Source: Promethearchaeota archaeon | GTDB lineage: Archaea > Asgardarchaeota > Lokiarchaeia > Sigyniarchaeales > SOKP01 | Length of the DNA: 64,000 nt | NCBI GenBank assembly: GCA_019058245.1 | Contig: JAHPZJ010000030.1 | Coordinates: forward strand, 32,001 to 96,000 | Reading direction: 5' to 3' | Made by a program: the position numbers and the translations under genes | The notes under the pieces: model-generated | What the model was told of the DNA's origin: nothing | The model's database searches: none | What the model saw: only the letters and a program-made list of their open reading frames with translations | Shown: positions 27,381-38,396 of the stretch, in pieces | Layout: each line of letters begins with the position of its first letter | Position numbering within the stretch: position 1 is the stretch's first letter

Positions 27381-29171
27381 TTGATTAAAACCAAAGATAA
27401 TGTTTGGATTTTCACATTTGAATATGCGGGGATAGTGAAAGTTGGAGGTCTTGGAGAAGTACCCGCAAATCAAGCTAAAAATTTAGCTAATGATTATGAA
27501 ATCACAGTATTTATTCCTTCACATGGTCAATTGCAGAACTTAGAAAAATCATATAGTGTGGAAAAACTCCTTTTTAATTGTGTGGGACTAATAAATCCTT
27601 CTGAATTTGGAATAAATGAACCAGAGACTAGTTATAATATTTCCTTTTACAAGATAAGAATTAATAATGTGAATATAATTTTATTACACGGAGAAAATCC
27701 ATTTACTTCTAGATATATTGATGATAAAATCGTTTATAATCCAGATACACTTAGTGGAAAAATTTGTCTTTTTAGTATAGGTATGCGGTGTTATATTGAT
27801 TTTTTAATTGATAATCGCAGAGAAGAACTACCTGATATAATACACATCCATGATTATCATGCTGTGATAGCTTTTTTTTGCATAAAACAAAGATTATCAA
27901 AAAGTGGCTTAGACGTAGCTTCTTTAATTACTATCCATTTATTAACTTGGCCAAGATATCCAATTGAATTTTATAGTGCATGTGGATTAGATCATACTCC
28001 TATAACTATAAATTTGAAAGAAGGACTTCAAGCATTAACAATATATGAAATATTTTCGATTTGTGAAAAAAAAAGCGAAATCTATCAACAGCCTACAGTA
28101 GAGATGATAGGGGCATTTATAAGTGATTTGGTTACTACTGTAAGCCAGTCATATTTAAAATCAGATATAATTCCTAATTGTGGTAAAGATTTGATTGAAT
28201 TTAAATCAAATTTTATATGGGATGGATGTGATTGGGATTATAATGAAATCCTCCAACAGGTATTAAAAAATCATGAACAAGAAATGAAACATGTCTTACA
28301 TTTATCACTTGAAAAAGAACTTACATTGAATGACATTAAAGAATATTTGTTAACCTATAAGTTATCTCATTTGAATAAAAGTCCATTAATTCAATCAGAA
28401 AAAGTTCTAAAAGTCATTAATGAGATTTCAGATGAGAATAAATTTACGAGAAATGGATATATCAAATCCTTTAATCAATCTGGTCCATTAGTAATTACAA
28501 CTGGAAGAATTTCTCCCCAAAAAGGATTTGAAACAATTCTAGAAGCTATACCAAAGGTCATTGATGCAATTCCTGATGCTAAGTTCTTATTTCTCATATT
28601 GCCTACTGATTATAGCTTAAATGAAATTAAGGTTTATGCAGATTATGTTAAGAGATATCCAGATAATTTAAGGATAATCTATGGTGTAGCTACGGATATA
28701 TTTCATCTTGCACATATTTCAGCTGATGTTTATTGTGCAATGTCCAGATGGGAACCTTTTGGTATTATTGCTTTAGAAGCTATGGCTGTAAAATTACCAG
28801 TTATTGCCACAAATGTGGGCGGATTTCAAGAAACTATCATAGATATTAGAAACTTTCCTGAAATTGGTACAGGGATTTTAATTGAGAAAGAAAACCCCGT
28901 TCAATTTGCTGAAGCATTAATTTCTCTCTTTAAATTAAAGGAGATTTCTGAAAAAGTTAAAGAAAAAGAAAAGATTTATGAAGTTGAAAATTTTCGCTTA
29001 GTAAATCAGATTCCTGATAAAATACTTGAATCTCTTGTTCTTTTGGATCCTAATTATTATAATAAAGTTAGAGAAAACTGTCATAAAAGAGTAGAAAATA
29101 ATTTTAGATGGAATATAGTCTCTAAGAAACTAATTGACTTATACCTAATGATAAAAAATCTACGGTTATAG
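27381..29171 (+). CDS. glgA: Glycogen synthase (GT5)
   Basis: KVGGLG, HIHDYH, GRISPQKG, SRWEPFG. Confidence 0.88.
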   Translation: MIKTKDNVWIFTFEYAGIVKVGGLGEVPANQAKNLANDYEITVFIPSHGQLQNLEKSYSVEKLLFNCVGLINPSEFGINEPETSYNISFYKIRINNVNIILLHGENPFTSRYIDDKIVYNPDTLSGKICLFSIGMRCYIDFLIDNRREELPDIIHIHDYHAVIAFFCIKQRLSKSGLDVASLITIHLLTWPRYPIEFYSACGLDHTPITINLKEGLQALTIYEIFSICEKKSEIYQQPTVEMIGAFISDLVTTVSQSYLKSDIIPNCGKDLIEFKSNFIWDGCDWDYNEILQQVLKNHEQEMKHVLHLSLEKELTLNDIKEYLLTYKLSHLNKSPLIQSEKVLKVINEISDENKFTRNGYIKSFNQSGPLVITTGRISPQKGFETILEAIPKVIDAIPDAKFLFLILPTDYSLNEIKVYADYVKRYPDNLRIIYGVATDIFHLAHISADVYCAMSRWEPFGIIALEAMAVKLPVIATNVGGFQETIIDIRNFPEIGTGILIEKENPVQFAEALISLFKLKEISEKVKEKEKIYEVENFRLVNQIPDKILESLVLLDPNYYNKVRENCHKRVENNFRWNIVSKKLIDLYLMIKNLRL

Positions 29172-29192
29172 AATATAAAATGGGTTGAGTTA

Positions 29193-30362
29193 TTGATGCT
29201 TTCAAAAAGAACTGTTTTTCTCAGTTTAATCTCAGTTTTAATTTTTGGTACAGCAGGTATGGCCCTAATATATTATCTTCCTCCATATCTAAAAGATCTT
29301 GGATTCAGTCCTTCAATTGTACAATTCATTACTACAATTTATCCTTTTGCTTTGATTTTTTTACCACAACGCTTTGGTAGGTTATCAGATAAAATTCAAA
29401 AAAGATATATCTTTATTATAGTGGGATCAATTGGTACGAGTTTAATCTATTTATCTTTAATATTTTCAAAGAATCTAATTCTAATAATGATATTATTAAT
29501 GATTTATAGTGTTTTTAATGCTAGTTATAGGTTAAATTTTACTCTGTATCAAGAATTAACAAAAAATAATCCTAACTTCGTAGTTTATTATAATGCAATT
29601 TCAGTATTTGGATGGTTTCTTGGTTCCCAACTTGGGGGTATCTTTATAGATATATTTGGAATTTCACACATATTTATATTTTTCTTAATCATCTCAATCA
29701 TTAATTGTGCGATTATTTTATTTATTAGAGAGAATAGAAAAGATATACTTGAATACTATAATGATTTAGAAATTGAAAATCTAAATAATAACATAGTAGA
29801 TGAGGTAGATGAACAACCACAAATTTCTAAGGCACTTTATATAGCACTCTTTTCAAGACATTTCGGAGTTAGACCAATAATTACAATTATAGCAATTCTA
29901 ATGGCTTTACATTTGAGTAGTAATACTCAGATTGGATTTCTAATCGGATTTAACCCATTACTTCAATTCTTTTTAATGCTTATTACTGGTAAATTTATTT
30001 CAAAAAAGAATGAGAAGTATGTCTTAATGTTAGGTTTTTTTTTAAGCTGTGGAGCTATCTTAGGGTATATGTTTGCTACTGACTTTATTAGTTTCTTTTT
30101 AGCTCAAATAATGGTTTCTGCATCTTTTGCACTATTTTGGAATGTCACCCAAATTTATATTTCTCAAAAAACCAATCTAAAGAATAAGGGTAAATATCTA
30201 GGCTATGCAAATTCAAGTTTTTTTTCAGGGGGTTTTTTTGGAGGCCTTTTCTTTAGTGTATTATTGTTATTTAATTCAGATTATTATGCTTTTATGTGGA
30301 TAATGCTTATATTTCCTTTAATTTCTACATTAATTGTATTTTTTAAATTTAAAAGTGAATAA
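29193..30362 (+). CDS. MFS transporter (paralog 1)
   Basis: 12-TM pattern, motif A GRLSDKIQKR. Confidence 0.88.
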   Translation: MMLSKRTVFLSLISVLIFGTAGMALIYYLPPYLKDLGFSPSIVQFITTIYPFALIFLPQRFGRLSDKIQKRYIFIIVGSIGTSLIYLSLIFSKNLILIMILLMIYSVFNASYRLNFTLYQELTKNNPNFVVYYNAISVFGWFLGSQLGGIFIDIFGISHIFIFFLIISIINCAIILFIRENRKDILEYYNDLEIENLNNNIVDEVDEQPQISKALYIALFSRHFGVRPIITIIAILMALHLSSNTQIGFLIGFNPLLQFFLMLITGKFISKKNEKYVLMLGFFLSCGAILGYMFATDFISFFLAQIMVSASFALFWNVTQIYISQKTNLKNKGKYLGYANSSFFSGGFFGGLFFSVLLLFNSDYYAFMWIMLIFPLISTLIVFFKFKSE

Positions 30363-30495
30363 TTATTGAATTTTGCATAATTTTGTTTTTTATTCAGCAA
30401 TTAGCATCTTAATATACACCTTTGTAGAAAATTAAATAAATCTGACAATATTTTAGAGACTACTTTAAACAAATTTATAGTAGGATAAAGAAAGA

Positions 30496-31665
30496 TTGAT
30501 ATTATCAAAGAAATCTGTAATCTTCATTCTGGGAACCGTTTTCTTCATCTATGTTGCTATAATGTTGTTGTACACTTATTTACCTAAATATTTATTATTT
30601 TTAGGGATAGAATCACCAATTATTACTTTAACAATGACTTTTGCAATGTCTACCTTCTTCATTTTTCCACCATTATTAGGAAAGTATTCAGATAAACTCC
30701 AAAACAGAATATATTTTATTATGTTAAGTCCTTTAGGAACGTTCACTACTTTAATTCTACTTCTTTTTACTAAAAATATTATAGTCCTAAATATATTAAT
30801 TTTCATTTTTGGCTTTTTTATTTCATTTGGAACTATTTGTTTTACTCTTTTTATTGAATTAGTTCAAAATGACAAAAAGTGGATTTCTTATTATAACTCA
30901 ATCTGTTCAATTGGCAATTTTACGGGTATCATAATAGGTGGTATATTTATAGACTTTTTTAACATTGAGAAATTGTTCCTCTTTACATTAATCATGTTCT
31001 TGCCAAGTATTATTTTTAATATATTTATCAGAGAAAATCGACAATTAATACTAGAAAATAATGTTGAAATATCAGAGAATACTCATAAAGTAGGAGTGAT
31101 AAATAAACTTAAAGAAGAACATATCTCGAAATCAATATACCTGAGTCTTTTTTTTAGGAATTATGCTATTATACCAATCTTAAACATTCTTGTAATTATA
31201 ATAGGGTTCTACTTAGAAATTAATACTCAAATTGCATTACTCTTGGGTATTAACCCTTTATTACAGTTTTTCTTAATGCCATTCATAGGAAAGAAATTAA
31301 AACAAAAAAATATTAAAGGTGTTTTGATTTTAGGATATTTTTTATCAGTTATTGTTATTATTGGGTATATTATAGCAGATGACTTTTGGAGCTTCTTAAT
31401 TTTTCAAGTTCTAATTTCTTTAAGTTATTCCCTATTTTGGATGGCAACAACTGTTTATATTGCTCAAAATTCGACTCCTATCAACAAAGGGCGTTATATG
31501 GGATATGCTACTGCTAGCATTTTTGCTGGCACAGCATTTGGAGGTGTATTTTTTAGTTTATTGTTAGCATTGTTTAATTCTAATTACTATATATCTATAT
31601 CATTTATGATTATTTTTCCAACAATTTCTACGTTAGTCATATTGTTTAATTTTAAAAATAATTAG
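30496..31665 (+). CDS. MFS transporter (paralog 2)
   Basis: GKYSDKLQNR; colinear with neighbours. Confidence 0.88.
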   Translation: MILSKKSVIFILGTVFFIYVAIMLLYTYLPKYLLFLGIESPIITLTMTFAMSTFFIFPPLLGKYSDKLQNRIYFIMLSPLGTFTTLILLLFTKNIIVLNILIFIFGFFISFGTICFTLFIELVQNDKKWISYYNSICSIGNFTGIIIGGIFIDFFNIEKLFLFTLIMFLPSIIFNIFIRENRQLILENNVEISENTHKVGVINKLKEEHISKSIYLSLFFRNYAIIPILNILVIIIGFYLEINTQIALLLGINPLLQFFLMPFIGKKLKQKNIKGVLILGYFLSVIVIIGYIIADDFWSFLIFQVLISLSYSLFWMATTVYIAQNSTPINKGRYMGYATASIFAGTAFGGVFFSLLLALFNSNYYISISFMIIFPTISTLVILFNFKNN

Positions 31666-31815
31666 TAATTTAAAGGAGAAATTTTAATTACTGGTTTAAA
31701 AAATGAGGTCATTGGTCATTATTTAAATTTTTTTAAAAAAGTAATTATTTTATACTGATTTTTTATAATTACTAAAAGCAAATATTAATTGAATTTGTTA
31801 GATAGGGAATATTAA

Positions 31816-32991
31816 TTGATCTTATCAAAAAAGTCTGTTATTTTAATTCTATTATCTGTTTTTATTGTAAATACAGCCTCAATTACCCTTATAACATATT
31901 TACCTAGATATTTAGAATATTTAAGTATAGAAAGACCATTAATACAACTGGTCATTACTATTTTTCCTTTAACTTCTTTTGTTTTTCCACCGATATATGG
32001 CCATTATTCAGATAAAATTCAAAAGAGGTATATTTTTATTTTTATTGGATTTCTTGGGATGTCTTTTATTTATTTTTTATTGCTATTTCTGAACCAAAAT
32101 TTATTCATCCTAGTACTATTAATATTCATTTTTGGTTTTTTTATGGGATCATATAGCTTATTATTAACCCTTTTCGCTGAATTAGTAGAAGATGATAAGA
32201 CTTTCATTTCTTACTTCAATGCATCAGTTGTTGCTGGTTGGTTTGTTGGAGCTCAATCTGGTGGTATTTTTATTGATATCTATGGAATTGAGAAGATATT
32301 CTTGTTTGCTTTCCTAGTTTTTTTACCAAACTTAATTATAATGTTTTTTATAAAAGAAAAAAGATCATTGATTTTAGAAAGTTTTAATAGAGAAACAGAG
32401 AAAAACTCAAATGATCTTGTTTTAAATAATAATCAAGGAGATATTTCAATTTCTAAATCAATTTATCCCGGTTTATTTTTCAGAAATTTTAGTCTCAAAT
32501 CAATTTTGCCAGTATTGGTAATTATTATGGGGATTCATTTAAGTAGTGATACAGAAATTGGATTTTTGATTGGAATAAATTTTTTTTTACAATTCTTCCA
32601 GATGTTATTAATTGGAAAGATATTAACTAATGATAATCTTAAATCTTTTATGATCATTGGCTATGCTTTAAGCACAATTACAATTTTTGGATATATAATC
32701 TCAACTAATTTTTGGAGCTTTTTAGTTTGCCAATTTTTAGTTTCTTTTAGCTATTCTCTGCATTGGGCAGCAACAGTAACTTACATCTCTAAAAAAACTT
32801 CACCCAAAAATAAAGGAAAATATATGGCTTTTGCGAATTCAAGTGTTTTCTCAGGAAGTTTTGCAGGTGGTATATTATTCAGCTTATTATTATCTGCTTT
32901 TAATTCTAATTATTATATTGTTATGTATTTTATGATAATATTCCCCGCAATTTCCACTTTTATAATTCTCCTTAAATTCAAGCCTGACTAA
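31816..32991 (+). CDS. MFS transporter (paralog 3)
   Basis: GHYSDKIQKR; colinear with neighbours. Confidence 0.88.
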   Translation: MILSKKSVILILLSVFIVNTASITLITYLPRYLEYLSIERPLIQLVITIFPLTSFVFPPIYGHYSDKIQKRYIFIFIGFLGMSFIYFLLLFLNQNLFILVLLIFIFGFFMGSYSLLLTLFAELVEDDKTFISYFNASVVAGWFVGAQSGGIFIDIYGIEKIFLFAFLVFLPNLIIMFFIKEKRSLILESFNRETEKNSNDLVLNNNQGDISISKSIYPGLFFRNFSLKSILPVLVIIMGIHLSSDTEIGFLIGINFFLQFFQMLLIGKILTNDNLKSFMIIGYALSTITIFGYIISTNFWSFLVCQFLVSFSYSLHWAATVTYISKKTSPKNKGKYMAFANSSVFSGSFAGGILFSLLLSAFNSNYYIVMYFMIIFPAISTFIILLKFKPD

Positions 32992-32996
32992 AAAAT

Positions 32997-34964
32997 TCAG
33001 TTCCTATACCAAAAAGGAGAGAGCTTCTGGATTATTGCTTTAGGTTTATCAGGAATTAATTCTAATTGATTTCTTATCCAATCTGAAATCCATTTATATT
33101 TTTCTTTAAATCGACTGTCCATGAAAATTATTGCCCCTTTATCCGAGATCTTTCTAATAGGTCTTCCAGAAGCTTGATTAGCTCGTTGAACTGCGGGATA
33201 TAAATAAGCAAAATTCCATCCTTGTTTTTTAAATACCTTATCATAATAATCGATTTTTGCTTCAACTCTAGGAGTTGGTAGATGATATGGAAATCCGGCA
33301 ATTATCACAGAGTTCATTAAATTTCCCGGATAATCTTCTCCTTCTGAATTTCTGCCACCACATACTCCTAATAAAACAGCACCCCCATTTAAAGCCATAC
33401 TTTTAAAGTCGTCGACCAATACAGCATTTTCAGAAGCAGATAATCCAGGTTCTTCAACAAATAATTTTTTATTATTATTTTGTACTATAATTTCTAAACC
33501 GTGTTCTACAAGCGCATTTAAAATTCTATATGAAGCACAAAAAATTCCCACGTTTGCTGGGGTACACAGCAAAACTTCATTTATTTTTTCAATCATCTTT
33601 TTAAACATCATTGGTATTCTATTATTTCTTTTTGTGTCAACTCCTTCGATTATAAGAGCTTTAATATTTTTACTACTAAATGGTGAATCTGCTATAATAC
33701 CTTTATAACTCTTTCCACACTCATTTAATCCCATTAAATTATTAAATACATAAGGATTCACTGTACCAGAGAGATTCAAACAGGTGTATACTCTTTTCAA
33801 GAGAGGAATAGAAATTTCTCTTGGATCTAATGCTACTATTTCAAGAGATATTGATCTCTTTCCTTTTATCATTTTCAGATTATAGCAATAAAAATAATTA
33901 TCCAAAGTATAGGTATTCAACCATTTCATCCAAAATTCTGCCAAGGAACCAACATAGTCTCTTGAAATTTCGCCATTAGCGATTTTTTCTTCATGAATGG
34001 ATACACTATAATCAAGTAATTCTTCAATAAAGTTTTTAAATCCGTTTAAATCTTTAAATCCCAATTTTTTATAAATTTCACCTAATAGTTTTTCAGGCAC
34101 AATCGCTACTTCTTTAATTTTGAGACTCTTTTTTTTTTCATCTAATTGATCTAATAGAATTTTCACAAAACTCTGCATTAAGATAGGAGATCTATACATT
34201 TCTAGATCTTTTAAACTGACTCTTAATGAATATGGGGTAATTTTTTTTGAATTTACTTCTGTAGCAACATCAATTATATTATGACATTCATCCAATACTA
34301 TAATACAGTTTTGAAGCTCTTGTCCAATAAATTCTAAAAAAGAATCTCGAATAAATGGATTGAAAATCCATTGATAATTACATATAATTATATTCATCTT
34401 TTCAAGCAGGAATTTACTTAAGAAATAAGGGCAAAACTTCTTTTCTTTACAAAAATTTATCAAATCTTCTGCATCGACTGGCTTATTAAATAAGTCTGGT
34501 GCGATTGATATTGGATTTTCATTTTGTCCTTTCTTTTTTAACAAATTCAAAAAGTAGCTACAATTCCTATTTTTTCTTAAATCTCCACAAACAGACATAG
34601 CTTCACTGGGATTTAGCTTAAGAGATATCAATGTTTCATTTAGGCACATCTCATTTCTCCCTCTTATAGATAAAGCGTTGAGTTTGATTCCCAGATTCTC
34701 ATCAATTACCTTTTGTGAGATTTTTACTAATTCTTTTATAATTCTACGATTTTGAGAATGAGTTCGACACATATATATTATTTTTAAATCTTTTTCATAA
34801 GCTAAAGGTAATAATCCACATAAAGCAATTATTGTCTTTCCTGTTCCATTAGGAGCTAATAATAGAGAAATTTTTTTAGATCTAGAACTTATTTCAATTT
34901 GATTAGTAATGTTTTCTTGATTTTCTCTGAATCGCTCGTAGGGAAAAAATGATGAATAGTTTAT
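32997..34964 (-). CDS. xpd: XPD/Rad3 Fe-S DNA helicase (probable ATA start, 655 aa)
   Basis: Q motif FPYERFRENQ and Walker A APNGTGKT lie upstream of the track's ATG (34772); Fe-S cysteines, DECHN, SGT, QASGRPIR. Confidence 0.92.
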   Translation of the reverse strand: MNYSSFFPYERFRENQENITNQIEISSRSKKISLLLAPNGTGKTIIALCGLLPLAYEKDLKIIYMCRTHSQNRRIIKELVKISQKVIDENLGIKLNALSIRGRNEMCLNETLISLKLNPSEAMSVCGDLRKNRNCSYFLNLLKKKGQNENPISIAPDLFNKPVDAEDLINFCKEKKFCPYFLSKFLLEKMNIIICNYQWIFNPFIRDSFLEFIGQELQNCIIVLDECHNIIDVATEVNSKKITPYSLRVSLKDLEMYRSPILMQSFVKILLDQLDEKKKSLKIKEVAIVPEKLLGEIYKKLGFKDLNGFKNFIEELLDYSVSIHEEKIANGEISRDYVGSLAEFWMKWLNTYTLDNYFYCYNLKMIKGKRSISLEIVALDPREISIPLLKRVYTCLNLSGTVNPYVFNNLMGLNECGKSYKGIIADSPFSSKNIKALIIEGVDTKRNNRIPMMFKKMIEKINEVLLCTPANVGIFCASYRILNALVEHGLEIIVQNNNKKLFVEEPGLSASENAVLVDDFKSMALNGGAVLLGVCGGRNSEGEDYPGNLMNSVIIAGFPYHLPTPRVEAKIDYYDKVFKKQGWNFAYLYPAVQRANQASGRPIRKISDKGAIIFMDSRFKEKYKWISDWIRNQLELIPDKPKAIIQKLSPFWYRN

Positions 34965-35135
34965 CTTTAATCACCGAATTCTAATTTATGTATTTCATTC
35001 TATTTTAACCCTTATATTGCCATAGACTATTAAAATTTATTTATTCTCAAATAAACATAATTAAAATATTAAATAGAGTAGAAGTTTGCTTATTTTCTTG
35101 AAATAAATTTAAATCTATTATATATTTATATAGGT

Positions 35136-36572
35136 CTAATCATGTAGAATAGGTTTTCTAGCAGCAGTAACCGCGTCTAATCTTTTTATTGGCATATTAT
35201 GAGGTGCTTCTTTTAAAAGTTCAGGCTGAGTTCTAGCTTCCTCATAAATCTTATTCATTACTTCAATAAAATTATCTAAAGAATGCTTTGATTCCGTTTC
35301 AGTAGGTTCTATCATCATGGCACCTGGAACTATTAATGGAAAATAGATTGTTGGAGCATAAATTCCATAATCAAGGATACGTTTTGCTATATCTTCTGTT
35401 GTTATTTCGTTTGGTATTCCTTGATCTGATAGAATAAATTCGTGTTGACAAATTCGGTTGAAGGGGAGATTATATTTCTCCTTTAAAAGAACTCGTAAAT
35501 AGTTAGCGTTTAAAACAGCAATTTCTCCAACTTTTTTTAACCCCTCAGCACCTAATGCCAATATATAAGCATATGCTCTAATAATAACCCCGAAATTCCC
35601 CCAAAAAGCTTTTATCCGTCCAATAGATAAGTCATTATTATTATTACACATAATACCTTTTTCTGATGAAAACAAACAGGGTTTTGGGAGATAAGGTATT
35701 AATTCTTCAATCACCCCTATAGGTCCTGAACCAGGTCCACCTCCACCATGGGGAGTAGAAAATGTTTTATGCAAATTTAGATGAACAATATCAAATCCCA
35801 TATCTCGAGGACGACATATACCTAACATCGGATTTAAATTAGCCCCATCATAATAACATAAGCCCCCATATTGATGAACTAAACGAGTAATTTCCTTTAT
35901 CTGTCTGTCAAATATTCCTAAAGTATTAGGATTTGTAAGCATTATTCCAGCAACATCACCTTCTTTTAATGCAAATTCTAATTGATCTAATGGAACTTCT
36001 CCAAATTCATTTGATGTTAATTCTATGATTGAAAATCCTGCCATTTTTGCAGAAGCGGGATTGGTTCCATGAGCAGAGTCTGGAATAATTATTTTCTGCT
36101 TTTTAATCCTCTTATTTTCAAAAAATTTTTTAATTATTAATAATCCCACTAATTCTCCATGAGCCCCAGCTGCAGGTTGCAAAGTAAAACCATCCATCCC
36201 TGTTATTTCCCCTAATAATTCTGAAGTATGGTATAGTAATTCAAGACAACCTTGATTTTCTTCCTGTAATGGATGGATATTTATAAAATCTGATAATTTT
36301 GCTATGGTTTCATTTATTTTAGGATTATATTTCATTGTACAAGATCCTAATGGATAAATTCCAGTATCAACTCCATAATTTTTATTACTTAAATTAATGA
36401 AATGACGAACGATTTCGATTTCTGTAACATTAGGAATTGGCAAATCTTTTCTTTGTAAATTTTCAGGAATAATTTGATTTAAGTTAGTTTGTTCTATATC
36501 CATTTTGGGTACGAAGTTCATTTGTATAGTCTCATTTTCTTTATCAAAAATCGATTGAATATTAGAATTCAT
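35136..36572 (-). CDS. gcvPB: Glycine dehydrogenase subunit 2
   Basis: PLGSCTMKYNP, SAHGTNPAS, HLNLHKTFSTPHGGGGPG. Confidence 0.96.
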   Translation of the reverse strand: MNSNIQSIFDKENETIQMNFVPKMDIEQTNLNQIIPENLQRKDLPIPNVTEIEIVRHFINLSNKNYGVDTGIYPLGSCTMKYNPKINETIAKLSDFINIHPLQEENQGCLELLYHTSELLGEITGMDGFTLQPAAGAHGELVGLLIIKKFFENKRIKKQKIIIPDSAHGTNPASAKMAGFSIIELTSNEFGEVPLDQLEFALKEGDVAGIMLTNPNTLGIFDRQIKEITRLVHQYGGLCYYDGANLNPMLGICRPRDMGFDIVHLNLHKTFSTPHGGGGPGSGPIGVIEELIPYLPKPCLFSSEKGIMCNNNNDLSIGRIKAFWGNFGVIIRAYAYILALGAEGLKKVGEIAVLNANYLRVLLKEKYNLPFNRICQHEFILSDQGIPNEITTEDIAKRILDYGIYAPTIYFPLIVPGAMMIEPTETESKHSLDNFIEVMNKIYEEARTQPELLKEAPHNMPIKRLDAVTAARKPILHD

Positions 36573-37915
36573 TTTAGATTCTCCTCTTTTTTACTATTTA
36601 ACGCTGATCGCGCCAGTTCAAGAAATTTATCAATAGATTTTTTTGAGTTCATTTCAGTAACACAAACTAATGCAATATTTCCCATTTCAGGATAATATTT
36701 TGAGAGTTTTAGGGGGGGTTGAAGATTATTTTGTTTGCAAAAATTAATTAGAGCGTCAATATTAGGGCATTTTACGATAAACTCGTTATATGTAGGCTTT
36801 CTATTTAATATTTCATATCCCTTGATTTTACTTAATTCCTTTTTTAAATAATGAGCTTTTTGAAAATTTTGAATAGCAACCTCTCTTAATCCATTCCTTC
36901 CTAACGCTAAAAGATAAGTTAATGCTGCTAAAGAACATAACGCTTGATTGGTGCAAATATTAGAACTAGCTCTTTCCCTACGTATATGTTGTTCTCGCGC
37001 CTGTAATGTTAAAATAAATCCATAATTTTTACCATTAATTTCATTTGTTTTTCCAATTAATCTTCCTGGGATCTTTCTTAAAAATTTCTGTTTAGTAGTA
37101 AAAATTCCTAATCCTGGACCACCAAAAGAGGGATTTAAGCCAAAAGATTGTCCTTCTGCAACAAAAATATCTATATCTGTCGATCCAGGAGGGTTTAAAA
37201 CCCCTAAACAGGTTGGATCTGTCATAACTTGAATAACCAAACAATTAGGAGCTTTTTCCCTAACATTTTTAATTAATTTCGAAATATCTTCAATATCACC
37301 GAAAAAATTAGGACTTTGAAATAAAACTGCTGCTATTTCATTTTTTACTTTAGTATGTAAATCTTCTTCATCAGTACTTAGAATCCTGATATTTTGACCC
37401 CAGCAATAAGTTCTAACTACTTCTTCATATTCTGGGTGAATTCCTTTAAGTAAAATAACGGAGTTTTTACGTGTAATAATCGTTGACATAATAGCTGCTT
37501 CAGCAAGAGCAGTTGATCCATCATACATACTAGCATTAGAAACGTCCATCTGAGTGAGTTGAGAAATTATTGTCTGATATTCATACATAGCCTGTAAATA
37601 ACCTTGGCTAGCTTCAGCTTGATATGGTGTATATGAAGTGTAAAACTCAGATCTAGAGATTACAAAATCTATTAATGACGGGATATAATGATAATAACAT
37701 CCTGCTCCTAAAAAAGAACTTGAGTAATTTTTATTCTTTTGAGATATTTTCTTAATTTGAAATAGAAGATCTGGTTCGGATAAACCTGAAGGTAAATTAA
37801 GTTTATCAATAATTAAATCTTTAGGGATATCTTGAAAAAGTTCTTTTAAAGATTTTACACCAATTGCTTCCAACATTTCTTTTATCGTTTCTTTATCATG
37901 AGGAATAAAATCCAA
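36569..37915 (-). CDS. gcvPA: Glycine dehydrogenase subunit 1
   Basis: YTPYQAEASQG, NASMYDG, REQHIRRERASSNICTNQ. Confidence 0.96.
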   Translation of the reverse strand: MDFIPHDKETIKEMLEAIGVKSLKELFQDIPKDLIIDKLNLPSGLSEPDLLFQIKKISQKNKNYSSSFLGAGCYYHYIPSLIDFVISRSEFYTSYTPYQAEASQGYLQAMYEYQTIISQLTQMDVSNASMYDGSTALAEAAIMSTIITRKNSVILLKGIHPEYEEVVRTYCWGQNIRILSTDEEDLHTKVKNEIAAVLFQSPNFFGDIEDISKLIKNVREKAPNCLVIQVMTDPTCLGVLNPPGSTDIDIFVAEGQSFGLNPSFGGPGLGIFTTKQKFLRKIPGRLIGKTNEINGKNYGFILTLQAREQHIRRERASSNICTNQALCSLAALTYLLALGRNGLREVAIQNFQKAHYLKKELSKIKGYEILNRKPTYNEFIVKCPNIDALINFCKQNNLQPPLKLSKYYPEMGNIALVCVTEMNSKKSIDKFLELARSALNSKKEENLK

Positions 37916-37976
37916 ATTATGTTCCCTCTTAAGATTTTATTACTAATTAATAACGACAATATTAAAGAAAATCTTA

Positions 37977-38372
37977 TTATTTTTCTTCGTTTTGGACAAA
38001 TTGTTTATATTTTTCAGCGGATAAAAGCTCATCTATTTCATTTGCATGAGAATACTCTATCTTTAGGACCCATCCATCTATAAATGGAGACAAATTTACA
38101 AGTTCAGGTTTATCTGTGAGATTTTTATTTACATCTATAATTTCTCCCGATAATGGCATTATTAAGTCACCAACTGCTTTTACTGATTCTAATTCTGCCG
38201 CGTTACTTCCCCTTTCGAATGCCATGCCTACTTCAGGAAGCTCTACGAATACAATATCACCTAATTGATGTTGTGCAAAATCAGTAATGCCAACTATTGC
38301 AAATGAATCTTCAATTCTTATCCATTCATGAGTTAAAGTATATTTTAAATCATTAGGAAATTTATATTCCAT
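37977..38372 (-). CDS. gcvH: Glycine cleavage system H protein
   Basis: HEW, GITDFAQHQLGD, lipoyl ESVKA; ATG 38372 preferred over GTG 38381. Confidence 0.96.
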   Translation of the reverse strand: MEYKFPNDLKYTLTHEWIRIEDSFAIVGITDFAQHQLGDIVFVELPEVGMAFERGSNAAELESVKAVGDLIMPLSGEIIDVNKNLTDKPELVNLSPFIDGWVLKIEYSHANEIDELLSAEKYKQFVQNEEK

Positions 38373-38396
38373 TTTTATCACTATTTTAAGGTTCTA

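Noticed and set aside
34965-34976. Sec read-through of the TGA upstream of XPD
   Set aside because: The TGA is part of the GGTGA Shine-Dalgarno motif, precedes the expected N-terminus and does not align to a Cys.
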